NCBI GenBank assembly: GCA_963778655.1
Contig: CAVZVA010000010.1
Coordinates: 288,001 to 352,000, forward strand
DNA length: 64,000 nt
Origin: an uncultured delta proteobacterium
Lineage (GTDB): Bacteria; Myxococcota_A; Polyangia; Polyangiales; JAFGIB01
Reading direction: 5' to 3'
Part shown: positions 41,724-51,850 of the stretch, piece by piece
Layout of the letters: each line of letters begins with the position of its first letter
Numbering within the stretch: position 1 is the first letter of the stretch
Position numbers and translations under genes: made by a program
The notes under the pieces: model-generated
Database searches by the model: none
What the model was told of the DNA's origin: nothing
What the model saw: only the letters and a program-made list of their open reading frames with translations

Positions 41724-41823
41724 GGCCGAACAGGTACGCGCGCGGCCGGCTGCGGCAACACTGGCCGCCGGAGCGCGCGCGACTACTTCCCAATTGCGGC
41801 TAACACCGGACGCGAACGCAGTG

Positions 41824-42423
41824 ATGTCGACCCAGGCCACGCCAGCTGCCCGAGGGGCGCAACGCGCGGCCCGCCTGGTGCTCGCGCTGGGTTTGCTCGC
41901 GGCGGGCTGCGCGCCGCCGGCCATGCTGCGCCCGCTCGCGAGTCTGCCCGAGGGACGCAACGCGGAAGTCGGCGGCGCGTTCGCGGCGGTCAGCCCGCGG
42001 CCTTACGCGACCGAAGCCTGGCACTACGTGGGCCAGGCCTGGGGCAGCTTCCGGTTGACCCGCGCGCTCGACCTGTCAGCGATCACCGCGTTCGACAGCT
42101 CGGGCTTCGCGCTCGGCGGCGCGCTGAGGCTTGAGGCGTTTCACAGCTCGCACCTCTCGCTCGGCCCGGAGGTCGAGGGCGGCTGGCTGTGGGGTGCGTT
42201 CGCGGTACACGCAAGCTTACGGCTGGTGGACGAGCTGCGCGTCTACACCGCGCCGCGCATCGGCAACTGGGGTGGCGCCTGGACTCCGGGGGTGCCGGTC
42301 GGGTTGAGCGTGCCGCTGTATGGCGGCTTCCAGCTGCGCGGCGAGGGCCAGCTCAGCTGGGCCGATTTCAAGTACTACAACCGCCGCTTCATCGGCGCCG
42401 GCGCGCTGGTCTATCAGTGGTAG
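41824..42423 (+). CDS. Hypothetical lipoprotein or small outer-membrane beta-barrel-like protein
   Basis: Lipobox AAGC; alternating beta-strand pattern; terminal YQW. Confidence 0.65.
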   Translation: MSTQATPAARGAQRAARLVLALGLLAAGCAPPAMLRPLASLPEGRNAEVGGAFAAVSPRPYATEAWHYVGQAWGSFRLTRALDLSAITAFDSSGFALGGALRLEAFHSSHLSLGPEVEGGWLWGAFAVHASLRLVDELRVYTAPRIGNWGGAWTPGVPVGLSVPLYGGFQLRGEGQLSWADFKYYNRRFIGAGALVYQW

Positions 42424-42475
42424 ACGCAGCCGTCGACGCGCGCGTGGCGGCCGCTGGTCTTTGGCCCGGCCGCTC

Positions 42476-43276
42476 TTACCGCGCGAGCTCGAGCTGGGCG
42501 ACGACCGGGATGTGATCGGATTCGCCCTGCACCAGCGCCCACGCGTTGAGCGGCGAAAGCCGCGGGTCGAACAGGATGTGATCGATGGTCGCGTCGAACT
42601 GCCCGGCCAGCGAGGCGTGGCGCCAGGTCTGCTGGCCGGGCCGAAACAGCGGCAGCGCATTGCTGAAACCGTGATCCTCGAGCCAGCGCACGGCGTCGCC
42701 GTTTACACCCTCGTTGAAGTCGCCCAGCACGACCGTGATCGGCTCGGTCTGATCGTTCGCCGTGAAAGCCTGGATCTCGGTGACGTGGTCGGTGCCGAGC
42801 TCCAGATACGAGGCCACCGGATTGCTCTGGCCGCTGAAGGTCGGCCGCAGGTGCAGGTTGAGGATCTGCAGCGGGCCAACCGGGCTGTCGACCAGCAGGT
42901 GCCAGGCCGGGTGCCAGCCGCTCGGTGCGTCCTGCACTCCGAGGTCGGTCAGCGGATAGCGCGAGAGCACGGCCATCGAGCCGGTCGGGTGCGCGTCATT
43001 GTTGTAGAGCTGGTAGGGGTAGCGCCCGTCGTACGCGGCGTGCAGCGCGTCGGGCCAGCCGCCGCCCGTTTCCTGCAGGCACACGATGTCGGCGTCGGCC
43101 GCGCCCACCGCGTCGACCGTGGCGGCGTTGCCGTCCTTGCCGTACTCGACGTTGTACGAAACGATCGTGAAGTGGGGCACGCCCGGGGTGGGCTGCCGCG
43201 GCTGCATCGGCGGCTGGCCACAGCCCAGAACCGCCAGCACGGGCCACCACCACATCCACTGCAACCGCACCGGCAC
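42476..43276 (-). CDS. Endonuclease/exonuclease/phosphatase (EEP) family lipoprotein
   Basis: SYNV, DIVCLQE, LSRYP, NLHL, GDFN, IDHI, SDH.P; lipobox VLGC. Confidence 0.9.
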   Translation of the reverse strand: MPVRLQWMWWWPVLAVLGCGQPPMQPRQPTPGVPHFTIVSYNVEYGKDGNAATVDAVGAADADIVCLQETGGGWPDALHAAYDGRYPYQLYNNDAHPTGSMAVLSRYPLTDLGVQDAPSGWHPAWHLLVDSPVGPLQILNLHLRPTFSGQSNPVASYLELGTDHVTEIQAFTANDQTEPITVVLGDFNEGVNGDAVRWLEDHGFSNALPLFRPGQQTWRHASLAGQFDATIDHILFDPRLSPLNAWALVQGESDHIPVVAQLELAR

Positions 43277-43324
43277 AGCTTGGTGTCGCCAATGCGATCA
43301 GTCAAGGAGCGCAGTTGACGCGCC

Positions 43325-44959
43325 TCAAAACGCCAACGCCAGCTCCACCGAGCCCAAGCGCTCCCAGCGCTGCACGTCGAGAGCGCCGAGCGAGCCGCGG
43401 TGCAGTCGCGATTCGAAAGCGAGCCGCGCCTCCAGCGGCAAGCTCGAAGGCTTGCAGCCGATGAAGCTGCGGAACGCCACCAAGTCCTCGGTGGACGGCG
43501 TCTTGCGCGTGATGCGCTCCTGGTAGCGATCGAGGCCCTGGATCGAGGCGTAGCGGCCGTACTCGAAGCGCAAGCCGAGCTCGAGGTCGCGATAGGAAAG
43601 GGACAGCTGCAGCCGTCCTGAGCCGCCCCAGTCGTAGTCGTAGCCGTACTGCTCGAGCACGGACTTGGTAGTGCCGCCGGGGTTCTCCGCGCGCCAGTCG
43701 GCATAGGCGACAGGGCGAATTGCGCCGAGGTCGAACGAGCCGTCGAGCAGGGCGTGAAAGCGCAGCTCCTCGGCCACCAGCCAGCTCTCCCACGCCGGAC
43801 CCAGCAAGTGGAGCAAGGCGATGTCGTCGCGATGGTCGAGCAGCCAGCGCTGATGGTACTCGAACGCAGTCGCACCGCCGATCGCCATGGCATGACCGCG
43901 CCGCGGCGCGTGGGCGACGTCCTGGGTGTAGTAGCCGAACAGCATCGCGCGAAACCACAGATCGATCTCGGCCAGGCCGATGCTGGAGAAGCCCGCGCGC
44001 CCGCTCATCTCGCTGAAGTTTCCTTCGGAGAACACCAGGTGGAAGCGACCGGTGCGCAGAAACCCCGGGATCGCCACCAGCGAGGTCTCCGCGATCACGC
44101 TCTGCATGTAGGTGGTGGAGCCGTGGTCGTTCTCCGCGTAGGCGAGCTGATAGCCCAGACGGAAGCGGTGCCAGTACGCGGAGCTGAAGCCGAGCTCGTC
44201 GTTGGGCAGCGGATCCTCGCGCTGGGGCTCGCCGTGAATCGCGCGGTGCACCAGACCCGCGAGCCCGACGGTGTAGCGCGCCGCGCGGCGGCCGAAGGAA
44301 TCCTCGGGCGTGCCCAGGTTGAGGTAGTCGTTGAGGCGCAAGAAGCACTCGCCCATCGCGATACCTCCGAGCGGGGTCAGCAGCACGTCGTTGATGCTGA
44401 CCTTCTCCCTCCACTCGAGCACGAATTCCCACAGCGTGGACGCGGTAATCGCGTAGGCGGTGGCCTGCGCGATGCTCAGGTGCTCGACTCGCGCCAGCCC
44501 GTAGTAGCCGGAGCCGGCCAGCGGATGCAGGAAGTTGTTGGTGGAGAACTTGTTGTCATCGAAACGGATGTTGGCCGGTTTGAACTTGGCGGTGAGCGTA
44601 CGCAGCTCCCAGTCCGCCGAGTTGGCGTCAGGGTTGGCCCAGTACAGCAGGGTGCCGACCGCCAGCAGGCCGGCCGACGCCACCGCCGCGTGCACGTAGT
44701 GCGGCTTGCCGCGGCCCTTCCCGAAGTACAAATGATAGACGGGGCGGAACGGGCGCTCGTGACCTTCGAGGTCCTCGAACCAGCCGGCGGTGGCGCCTGC
44801 GGGCCGCGGCTGACTCTGCGCGTGAACGCGCGCCGCGCCTAGCCCCACCAGCACGGCGCAGCTCGCGGCCAGCCAGGCTCGGGGCGCACGCGAGCGCCGG
44901 CCCCAACCGCTGCGGGTAGCGCGGTCGACGAACGCTGCGCCGACAATCAGGGCAACCAC
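43325..44959 (-). CDS. DUF3943-like outer-membrane protein (start uncertain)
   Basis: 'FDDNKFSTNNFLHPLAGSGYYGLAR', 'LWEF..E..E.VSIND...TP.GG...GE'; beta-rich C-terminus ending in F; signal ending VHA-Q. Confidence 0.75.
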   Translation of the reverse strand: MVALIVGAAFVDRATRSGWGRRSRAPRAWLAASCAVLVGLGAARVHAQSQPRPAGATAGWFEDLEGHERPFRPVYHLYFGKGRGKPHYVHAAVASAGLLAVGTLLYWANPDANSADWELRTLTAKFKPANIRFDDNKFSTNNFLHPLAGSGYYGLARVEHLSIAQATAYAITASTLWEFVLEWREKVSINDVLLTPLGGIAMGECFLRLNDYLNLGTPEDSFGRRAARYTVGLAGLVHRAIHGEPQREDPLPNDELGFSSAYWHRFRLGYQLAYAENDHGSTTYMQSVIAETSLVAIPGFLRTGRFHLVFSEGNFSEMSGRAGFSSIGLAEIDLWFRAMLFGYYTQDVAHAPRRGHAMAIGGATAFEYHQRWLLDHRDDIALLHLLGPAWESWLVAEELRFHALLDGSFDLGAIRPVAYADWRAENPGGTTKSVLEQYGYDYDWGGSGRLQLSLSYRDLELGLRFEYGRYASIQGLDRYQERITRKTPSTEDLVAFRSFIGCKPSSLPLEARLAFESRLHRGSLGALDVQRWERLGSVELALAF

Positions 44960-45317
44960 CGCTCGGAGGCTTCCTACGGCTGGCGCGCTCGCGCCCGCGG
45001 CAGGGGGGCACGCACCCCGCTCTCGGGCTGGATCGATAGGATCTCCATAGTCGCCACCGTGTGGTGATCGATCATGTAGGCACGCCGCAAGAGCCAGCCA
45101 GCGGGCACGGAAGCACTTGCACGCGGCGGCGCGCTGCTCGCGCTGGCCGGCGCCTGGCCGTGATGCGCCGGCGCGTTGAGGCCAGCGCCCGCACGGCGCC
45201 TTGACACGGCCACCGGTCAGACCTTTACTGGGCAGCGGGGAGCGTGGGAGCAGGCGCAGTTGGCTTGAGCAGTCCCGCAGGCCGTCGGCGCGCGAGCGTG
45301 CTGCCTCGCCGCGCACG

Positions 45318-46355
45318 TGCGCAGGGCTGCTTCCCGACAACTACGGCAGTGACAGCGCCGAGCACGTCGTGACCGACCTCTCTGCGTTCGACGGCTGCAC
45401 CGCCGTCGCCGGCGACTTGGTGGTCAACCAGTACGCCGGCCCCGACCTGCAGCCGCTGCACTGCATGGAGCTGGTCAGCGGCAAGCTGGTGGTGCTCAAC
45501 AGCCCCGGGCTGACCAGCCTCGACGGCCTCGACTCGCTGCAAAAGGTCGGCGGCAACCTCGGCATCGGCTTCGCCGAGCAGTTGATCGAGACCAACGACA
45601 GCATGACGCGGATCGACGCGCTGCAAGTGGTCGGCGGCAACCTCTCGCTGTTCTTGAAACAGGTCCACACACTCGACGGGCTGCAGGCGCTGCGGGTGAT
45701 CGGCGGCGGGCTGAATCTGTCGGGCTACTATCTGGCGGCCGCCACCGACAACGGCGGGACGCCCGCCGGCGTTCCCATCGACGACATCTCGGGCCTGGCG
45801 AATCTGTGGCTGGTCGGCGGCACGCTCGACATCGGCCAGGGCGTGCGCAGCACTGCGGGGCTCGATACGCTGGCGGAAATCGGTGGCGATCTGTCGGTGC
45901 GGGACGCCAACGCGCTGAGCGAGGTCTCGGGCTTTCCGGCGCTCACCTGCATCGGCCGCACGTTCCAGGTCGGCGGCCCCGAGTCGTGGGAGCGCAACGA
46001 TGTAGTGCAGGGCGTCGCAGGCTTTCCCTTGCTCGCCAGCATCGGGTAAGACGTGCGGATCGAGGACAACGCGGTGCTGCAGAGCGTGAGCGCGCTGCAG
46101 CAGCTGCAGAGTCTGGATGGCTCGCTGCACGTGAACCGCAATCACCAGCTCACCAGCCTCGACCTGCCAGAGGTCGGGCTCGGCCCGGGCGCGACGGTGG
46201 AGCTCACGGACAACCCCGCGTTGCTGCAATGCCCACTGCAGACATGGGCCACGGCGCGCGCCGCGATGGGCTGGCCGGGCACGCCGCAGCTCTCGGGCAA
46301 CCTCGGGTGCGGCTTCGGGCAGCTCTGTCAGGCAAGCGCATGCGCGGCGCACTGA
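45318..46355 (+). pseudogene. Receptor-L-domain/LRR-like repeat protein with an in-frame TAA (46047-46049) and no visible 5' end
   Basis: Repeats 'L..L..VGGnL.I..N..L.sl.G' continue in the same frame across the stop (ASIG*DVRIEDN). Confidence 0.75.
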
Positions 46356-47268
46356 GCCGGTGCGCGCGCAGCGCGCCGGCGCTGCTGCTATTGGCGGCCT
46401 GCGCACACAACCCGGATGGCGGGGCGGCGCAACCGGGCACCGCGCAGGTGGGGGCGCCCGATGCGGGAGCCGACGCGGGCGGCGGCCAAACACCCGGCAC
46501 CGCGGCGGCAGCGCCAGCGATTGGAGCACGCTCAGCACCAGCAGCTATCACAGCTGCGGGATCCGCGGCGGAGCGCTGTATTGCTGGGGACTGAACGACT
46601 ACCGACAGCTCGGGCTGGACCCGATGCAGACGGAAACGCAGCCTTCGCCCGCGCAAGTGGGCAGCGATCAGGACTGGCAGGCGGTCGCCGCCAGCGAGCA
46701 GAGCACGTGCGGGCTGCGCGCGGACACGTTGTACTGCTGGGGTCGCAGCGAAAGCGACACGCTCGGCGTGCCCGGCAGCCAGCTCGGTTACATGGACCAG
46801 CCCAGCCCGCTGCGGGTCAGCGCGGGCTGGCAGGCGATCAGCATGCGCGGCGGCAGGGGCTGCGGGCTGCAAGCCGGCGCGCTGCTCTGCTGGGGCGCCA
46901 CCTGGAACGCGTCGTACGACGACTACTCGACCCTGCAGACGCCCACGCGCGTCGGGAGCGAGGCGGACTGGAGCGCGATCTCGCTGGGCGACGAGCACGC
47001 CTGCGGGCTGCGCGGTGGAACGCTCTACTGCTGGGGCTCGGACAATGGAGCGTCGCGCGGCGTGCTGGGTCTGGGCAGCACCGCGATCAGCGAGCTGCCG
47101 GCACGCGTGGGCGACGCCGCGGACTGGGCTGTGGTGTCGGCCGGCGTGGTGCACAGCTGCGGCATCCGGCTCGGTGCGCTGTACTGCTGGGGCGAGAACG
47201 ACTTCGGTCAGCTCGGCACGGGCGACCTCTCGATACGCACCAGCGCCGCGGCCGTGCTCGAGCCTTGA
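46340..47268 (+). pseudogene. RCC1-repeat lipoprotein, frameshifted near 46500
   Basis: The signal MRGAL...LLLLAAC is in one frame. Five 'W..is.g..hsCGlr.g.LYCWG.N..GqLG' repeats are in another frame. Confidence 0.75.
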
Positions 47269-47280
47269 GGCGGGGGCTTA

Positions 47281-47444
47281 GAGCCGATCTCAAAACCCTC
47301 CGCGACCGCCTTCCGGGCGGGACAGCGCCGCCTGCGGCGTTGCGCGACACTCGAAATATCAAGAAGTATTCCATCGGTCGCGCGCCTTGCATCCAGCACC
47401 GTCGCGCTCCGAAATCCGGCCACGCCGGGTATTGAGATCGGCTC
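47281..47444. mobile_element. MITE (164 bp) with 18-bp TIRs and a TTA target duplication
   Basis: GAGCCGATCTCAAAACCC / GGGTATTGAGATCGGCTC match at 17/18. TTA at 47278-47280 and 47445-47447. The whole element folds as an imperfect hairpin. Confidence 0.85.
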
Positions 47445-47526
47445 TTAGGCGCTGGGCTTGCGCGGCCGCGCGCGGTGCACACTTCCCAAGCGGTCGAAGC
47501 CACCATCCTGAGCACAGGAGATCGCA

Positions 47527-47976
47527 TTGTCGCGCAGATCGCTGGTGATTCGTTCGCTGTTCGCGCTCTGCGCAGCAGTGCTGCTGGCCCAGCTCGTTCC
47601 CTACGGGCGGGACCATCGCAATCCCAAGGTGATCCGCGAGCCGAGCTGGGACAGCCCGGCGACCCGCGCGCTCGCGCGTCGCGCGTGCTTCGACTGCCAC
47701 AGCAACGAAACACGCTGGCCGTGGTATGCGAGCGTGGCGCCGGTGTCCTGGCTGGTCGCGCGCGATGTGGCCCGCGCCCGGCGCATGCTCGACTTCAGCG
47801 AATTCGATCGAGCTCAGCGTAAGGCGCACGACGCCGCCGACGAGGTGCGCGGGGGCGACATGCCGCTGTGGTACTACGCGCTGATGCACCCGGCGGCACG
47901 CCTCTCGAGCCAGGAGCGCACGGATCTGGCCGCGGGCCTGGAGCGCACCCTGGGCGCAAGCGGGCGAGGGCAGTAG
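47527..47976 (+). CDS. Heme-binding domain protein (monoheme c, Haem_bd-like)
   Basis: ACFDCHSNETRWPWY..VAP.SW, L.FSE, MPL.YY...HP.A.L. AGGAG before TTG. Confidence 0.88.
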   Translation: MSRRSLVIRSLFALCAAVLLAQLVPYGRDHRNPKVIREPSWDSPATRALARRACFDCHSNETRWPWYASVAPVSWLVARDVARARRMLDFSEFDRAQRKAHDAADEVRGGDMPLWYYALMHPAARLSSQERTDLAAGLERTLGASGRGQ

Positions 47977-48239
47977 CGGGCTCGCGACGACGAGTGAGCG
48001 ACGCGCGGGCGCGGCGCCCGGCAACGGCCGTGGTGGTCGCAGGTCGGATATTTCCGACCCTGTAGGGGCTCCTCGATCGAAGCCGGCAAGAACGCTCGGC
48101 GGAGCCTTTGTCTTTACCGGGCCGCGCGGCGCGAGCTAAAGTCTGCTGTCCTGTGTCGTCCTGCCGCGGGCGGCCGGAGACCTCACGCGGGCCGGGCTGG
48201 CCCGGCCTTCTTGTGATTCTGCTTGGGATGGAGACCGCG

Positions 48240-48896
48240 ATGGTTCGTTGCATAAGCGCTGGGTTGGTGCTCGTCGCTTTACTCTCACCGGCTGCCGGGC
48301 TTGCGCAGCAGAGCGCCTCCGACGAGGAAGCGCGCGCCTTGTTCGATGCCGGCCGTGTGGCGTATTCCAACGGCCGCTACGACGAGGCGTTGCAGTACTT
48401 CCAGAAGGCCTACGACCTCAGCAAGCGGGCGCCGCTGCTGTACAACATCGCGACCACGCTCGACCGCCTGCGGCGCGACGAGGAAGCCCTGCGCAACTTC
48501 GAAGAGTTCGTCAAGCAGGTCCCCAACAGCGATTACGTGCCGGCGGCCAGAGAGCGCATCGATTTTCTGCGCGCGGCGATCGCGGCGCGCCAGCAAAAGG
48601 CGCAAACCCCCGCAGCCACACCCGCGCCTGCAGCGGGCGCGCCGACCCCGGCGGAGACCGCGCTGGCGGGCGCCGCGCCCGCGACCCAACCCGCCGCGGC
48701 CCCGCCGCCGCAGACAGGCCCGGTCGACCAGGGAGAAGGCGATCAAAGCGTGACCAAGAAATGGTGGTTCTGGACCGCGGTCGGCGTGGTCGCCGCGGGC
48801 GCGATCGTCGGCATCGCGCTGGCCGCGAGCAGCGGCGGCAGCAAGGCGGCCGCGCCGCTGCCCTTCGACGGCAACACCCGGGACGTGCGCCTGTGA
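48240..48896 (+). CDS. TPR protein with a signal peptide and C-terminal TM anchor
   Basis: 'ARALFDAG..AY..GRYDEAL..F.KAY.LS....LLYNIA'; C-terminal KKWWFWTAVGVVAAG. GGAG RBS. Confidence 0.85.
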   Translation: MVRCISAGLVLVALLSPAAGLAQQSASDEEARALFDAGRVAYSNGRYDEALQYFQKAYDLSKRAPLLYNIATTLDRLRRDEEALRNFEEFVKQVPNSDYVPAARERIDFLRAAIAARQQKAQTPAATPAPAAGAPTPAETALAGAAPATQPAAAPPPQTGPVDQGEGDQSVTKKWWFWTAVGVVAAGAIVGIALAASSGGSKAAAPLPFDGNTRDVRL

Positions 48897-51769
48897 GCCG
48901 CCGCTACACAACCCTGCTCTGCGGCTGTCTGGCGCTGCTCAGCGCGTGCGCCAAGACCACCTCGCCGCGCACCCAGACCACGCTGGTGGTGCGCGCGGAT
49001 CCCGGCGTGCAGCAGGACGCGGTCACGCTCTCGGTCGCATTCCAGACCGGCAAGAGCGAGGGCTCGCTGAGCGACGCACACGCCAAGCAGAGCTTCGGCA
49101 ACGGCAAGCCGGGCTCGATCAAGTGGCCGGTGTCGCTGGCCCTGCTGGGACAGAGCGGCACGACCCGCTTCTCGGCCACGATCGAGGCGCGCGACGACGC
49201 CGACGCGCTGGTGGCGCGTCAAGTGGTGCTGAGCGGGTTCGTCGAGGGCAAGACCAAGCTGCTCGAGGTGGTGCTGCACCGGTTGAGCGCGGGGTGCGCG
49301 GACGCGGGCTGCAGCGATGGCCAGAACTGCATCACCGACAACGGGAGCGCCAGCTGTACCGATCCCGCGCTGCTCGATCCGAACAAGCTGCCCACCTTCA
49401 CCGGCGGCAGCGGCGCGAGCGGTCCGTGCAAAGGCAGCGGCGCGCCCGATTGCGGGGCGCACGGCACTTGTGTCGCGAACACGGGAACGGCCTCCTGCGA
49501 ATGCGAGGCCAACTACGAAGGCGACCTCTGCGACGGCTGCGCGCTCGGCAACGTAGACGAAGGCGGCGACTGCGTGCCGGCCTGCGAGGCCAAGGACGCG
49601 CCCAAGTGCAAGAGCGGCGAGACCTGCCTGGTCGACGCCAAGGGCAAGGCCATGTGCGGGAGCAGCTGCGGCAGCGGGCAGGGCCCGGACAGCAACGGCG
49701 ACTGCGTACCGTTGTGCGAGTCGGTGCTGGCGCCGAGCTGCGATTCGCACGGCACTTGCGATCCCACGACCATGCCGCTGCGCTGCAAGTGCGATTCCGG
49801 TTACCAGGACAACGACCACGACGGCAGCTGCCAGCCCGATTGCGGCAAGAGCGCGCTCTCCTGTGGCGCGCACAGCGCGTGCGACGACGGCAGCGGTACC
49901 GCGCAGTGCGCGTGCGACTCCGGCTACCAGGACAACGACGGCAACGGCGACTGCGCGGCCAACTGCGCCACCGCCGGGCTCACCTGCGGCAAGCACTCGG
50001 CCTGTGACGACGGCAGCGGCACGGCGCAATGCGCCTGTGACTCCGGCTACCAGGACAACGACGGCAACGGCGACTGCTCGCCCGACTGCGCCAGCGCGGG
50101 GCTGAGCTGTCCTGCGAATGCGACCTGTCAGGACGGCAGCGGTACCGCGCAGTGCGTGTGCAACACCGGCTACGCCGGTGGCAGCTGCGACCACTGCGAC
50201 ATGGGTTATCAGGACAAGGACGGCGACGGCAGCTGTCTGCCCTCGTGCGCAATGGTCGACTGCTCGAACGCCGGGACCTGCGACGACTCCAGCGGCACCG
50301 CGATCTGCGACTGCGACCCGGGCAACGTGGGCGACAACTGCGAGAGCTGCACCACCGGCTACGTGCAGAACGGCAGCGCCTGTGACTGGCAGGACGTGGT
50401 CGTGGGCGGCGACTTCAGCAGCAGCGGCGACTGGACCACCACCGGGACCGCATCGATCATCTCCGGCCTCAACGTCGCACAGCTCGACCAGTCGGCCGAG
50501 TGCTTCGGTGGCTCGATCAGCCAGACGGTCGACATGCCCGCGTACGCGGACAGCGAGCCTCTGGTGCTCACCTTCCGCGCGCGGCCCGGCGCGACCATGA
50601 ACGGCACCATCCCGACCGCCGTCTACCTCAACGGCGTTCCCCACCCGATCGACGTCGGCTACAGCACGACCTGGGTCAACAACACGGTCTGCCTGGGCGA
50701 GAACGACTACGGCGGCCCGCTCACCATCGCGTTCCAGCGCGCCGCGGCCGCGAGCGGTTGCACGTACGACCCCGTGCAGCTGGACGACGTAGCCATTGGA
50801 GTGGCCGCATCGGGACAGTGTCCGCTCCCCGGGCAGGTCAACAACGGCGACTTCTCCGCCGGCGGTGCCGGCTGGACCGCGGATGTCCCAAGCTCGACCT
50901 ATGGGTCTGCGATTACCTTCACCTCCGGGCCGACGGGCAACGCGGTGCTCACCGGAGCGCGCTGCGGCAACGCGACCCTGCACGGTTGGGTCTCGTTGCC
51001 GACGGCGACGGAGCTGCCGAACGCCGCGCTCTCGCTCAAATACAGCACAACCGGCACCGGGGTGCTCCAGCTCAGCCTCCAGGGGCAGATGCTCACAACG
51101 CTCCCGTCGGGACCGACGACGACCGTCCATCTATGCGTGCCGCAGTGGACGAAGGGCGGCGCTGCACGGCTGGACATCAGCACGTACCTCCCCGGGGGCG
51201 GCCCGTGCAACGATACGTTCACCGCGACCTTGGACGACGTGCAGGTGGTCACCGACCCCGGGTGCGAGGATGCGCCCTTGCTCGACGCTGGATTCGAAGG
51301 CCTCCCGGCCAGCGACATCGAGCCCTGGACGTTGACGCTCAACAACAACAACAACGCCGTGCCGGGGCCGGCCATCGTGATGGACGCCTCCAAGGCCCAT
51401 GACGGGACCGGCTATCTGCAAATGTCCTTGAGCTATGCTTGCACCTCCGTGAGCGCGAGCCAGATGATCGCGGCGCCCGGACCCGACTCGGGCGGTGGAC
51501 CCGCGCTCAAGTACTGGTACTACTTGCCGGCGCTCAGCACGGCCTCGTACCAGGTGTGCGTCGCCAATTCATGCGACATGCCGCCGGCGATGGGCGCCAC
51601 GTGGACACAGAGAACGCTCTGTATCGATCCCACGCTGGCCGGCGTCCCCGTGCAGGTGCAGGTCAGTGGATATGGCGGCAGCGGCGCCTGTGCCAACAAC
51701 TACACGGCTGAAACCATTCGGGTCGACACACTCGAGCTCACAACCGACCCGAGCTGCCCGGCGAGCTGA
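48893..51769 (+). CDS. Large EGF-like Cys-repeat lipoprotein with C-terminal carbohydrate-binding-like modules
   Basis: GTG overlaps the TPR stop (GTGA); lipobox LSAC; many EGF-like modules; three 'GGDFS/NGDFS/DAGFE...W...LDDV' modules. Confidence 0.82.
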   Translation: MSRRYTTLLCGCLALLSACAKTTSPRTQTTLVVRADPGVQQDAVTLSVAFQTGKSEGSLSDAHAKQSFGNGKPGSIKWPVSLALLGQSGTTRFSATIEARDDADALVARQVVLSGFVEGKTKLLEVVLHRLSAGCADAGCSDGQNCITDNGSASCTDPALLDPNKLPTFTGGSGASGPCKGSGAPDCGAHGTCVANTGTASCECEANYEGDLCDGCALGNVDEGGDCVPACEAKDAPKCKSGETCLVDAKGKAMCGSSCGSGQGPDSNGDCVPLCESVLAPSCDSHGTCDPTTMPLRCKCDSGYQDNDHDGSCQPDCGKSALSCGAHSACDDGSGTAQCACDSGYQDNDGNGDCAANCATAGLTCGKHSACDDGSGTAQCACDSGYQDNDGNGDCSPDCASAGLSCPANATCQDGSGTAQCVCNTGYAGGSCDHCDMGYQDKDGDGSCLPSCAMVDCSNAGTCDDSSGTAICDCDPGNVGDNCESCTTGYVQNGSACDWQDVVVGGDFSSSGDWTTTGTASIISGLNVAQLDQSAECFGGSISQTVDMPAYADSEPLVLTFRARPGATMNGTIPTAVYLNGVPHPIDVGYSTTWVNNTVCLGENDYGGPLTIAFQRAAAASGCTYDPVQLDDVAIGVAASGQCPLPGQVNNGDFSAGGAGWTADVPSSTYGSAITFTSGPTGNAVLTGARCGNATLHGWVSLPTATELPNAALSLKYSTTGTGVLQLSLQGQMLTTLPSGPTTTVHLCVPQWTKGGAARLDISTYLPGGGPCNDTFTATLDDVQVVTDPGCEDAPLLDAGFEGLPASDIEPWTLTLNNNNNAVPGPAIVMDASKAHDGTGYLQMSLSYACTSVSASQMIAAPGPDSGGGPALKYWYYLPALSTASYQVCVANSCDMPPAMGATWTQRTLCIDPTLAGVPVQVQVSGYGGSGACANNYTAETIRVDTLELTTDPSCPAS
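49790..50175 (+). repeat. Intragenic 123-bp (41 aa) tandem repeats, about 3 copies
   Basis: CDSGYQDND.....C...C....L.C.....C.DGSGTAQC units start at 49790, 49913 and 50036, with a partial unit at 50159. Confidence 0.85.
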
Positions 51770-51850
51770 CGCCGCCAGGCGCCGCAAAGGCAGCGCAACC
51801 CGGAACGGGCCGCCACGGGCGGGCGCCGCCTGCTCGCACGCGCCGCTCGC

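Noticed and set aside
46047..46049. Programmed read-through, selenocysteine or pyrrolysine at the in-frame stop
   Set aside because: The codon is TAA, not TGA or TAG, and neighbouring lesions point to ordinary decay.
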